From the NCBI GenBank assembly GCA_964016885.1, contig OZ024766.1, positions 17,050,001-17,114,000 on the forward strand: a stretch of DNA of 64,000 nt, read 5' to 3'. Numbering within the stretch: position 1 is the stretch's first letter; every line of letters begins with the position of its first letter. The position numbers and the translations under genes are program-made. The notes under the pieces were generated by a model. It did no database searches. It was not told the origin of the DNA and was given only the letters and a program-made list of their open reading frames with translations. Below, piece after piece: positions 63,894 to 64,000 of the stretch. This DNA comes from Eledone cirrhosa (lineage: Eukaryota).

Positions 63894-64000
63894 TATATAT
63901 AGTAATAATAATATATTTGAAGACTAATATATATATATATATATATATATATAAGATATGTCAACATGAATGGACCTGTTATTTTTATATAAAGACATGT

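Overview
Repeat-rich animal genomic DNA. The SINE, RTE and microsatellite content looks like an octopus or related coleoid cephalopod (inference). The window holds one clear protein-coding gene on the minus strand, the ankyrin-repeat DHHC palmitoyltransferase ZDHHC17/HIP14. I traced 14 coding exons by hand from 48071 down to the stop at 13985. All junctions are GT-AG and in phase, giving 621 codons plus stop. The exon carrying the start ATG was not found. One intron (28102-33938) has minor-spliceosome (U12) signals. The remainder is tRNA-derived SINEs, RTE and CR1-type LINE fragments, a DD37D Tc1/mariner relic, a TTAA-flanked MITE, a Helitron-like 164-bp satellite, many TE-derived tandem arrays and (TA)n tracts. 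The most notable hidden feature is about a dozen minimal type-I hammerhead ribozyme motifs, most in short fold-back elements and often beside (TA)n tracts. They fall into at least three sequence families, their stem II differs in sequence but keeps its pairing, and several lie in sense orientation inside ZDHHC17 introns. They are probably Penelope-like retroelement relics or retrozyme-like elements. Almost all long ORFs in the ORF track are repeat artefacts. Repeat boundaries and copy numbers are approximate, read by eye.
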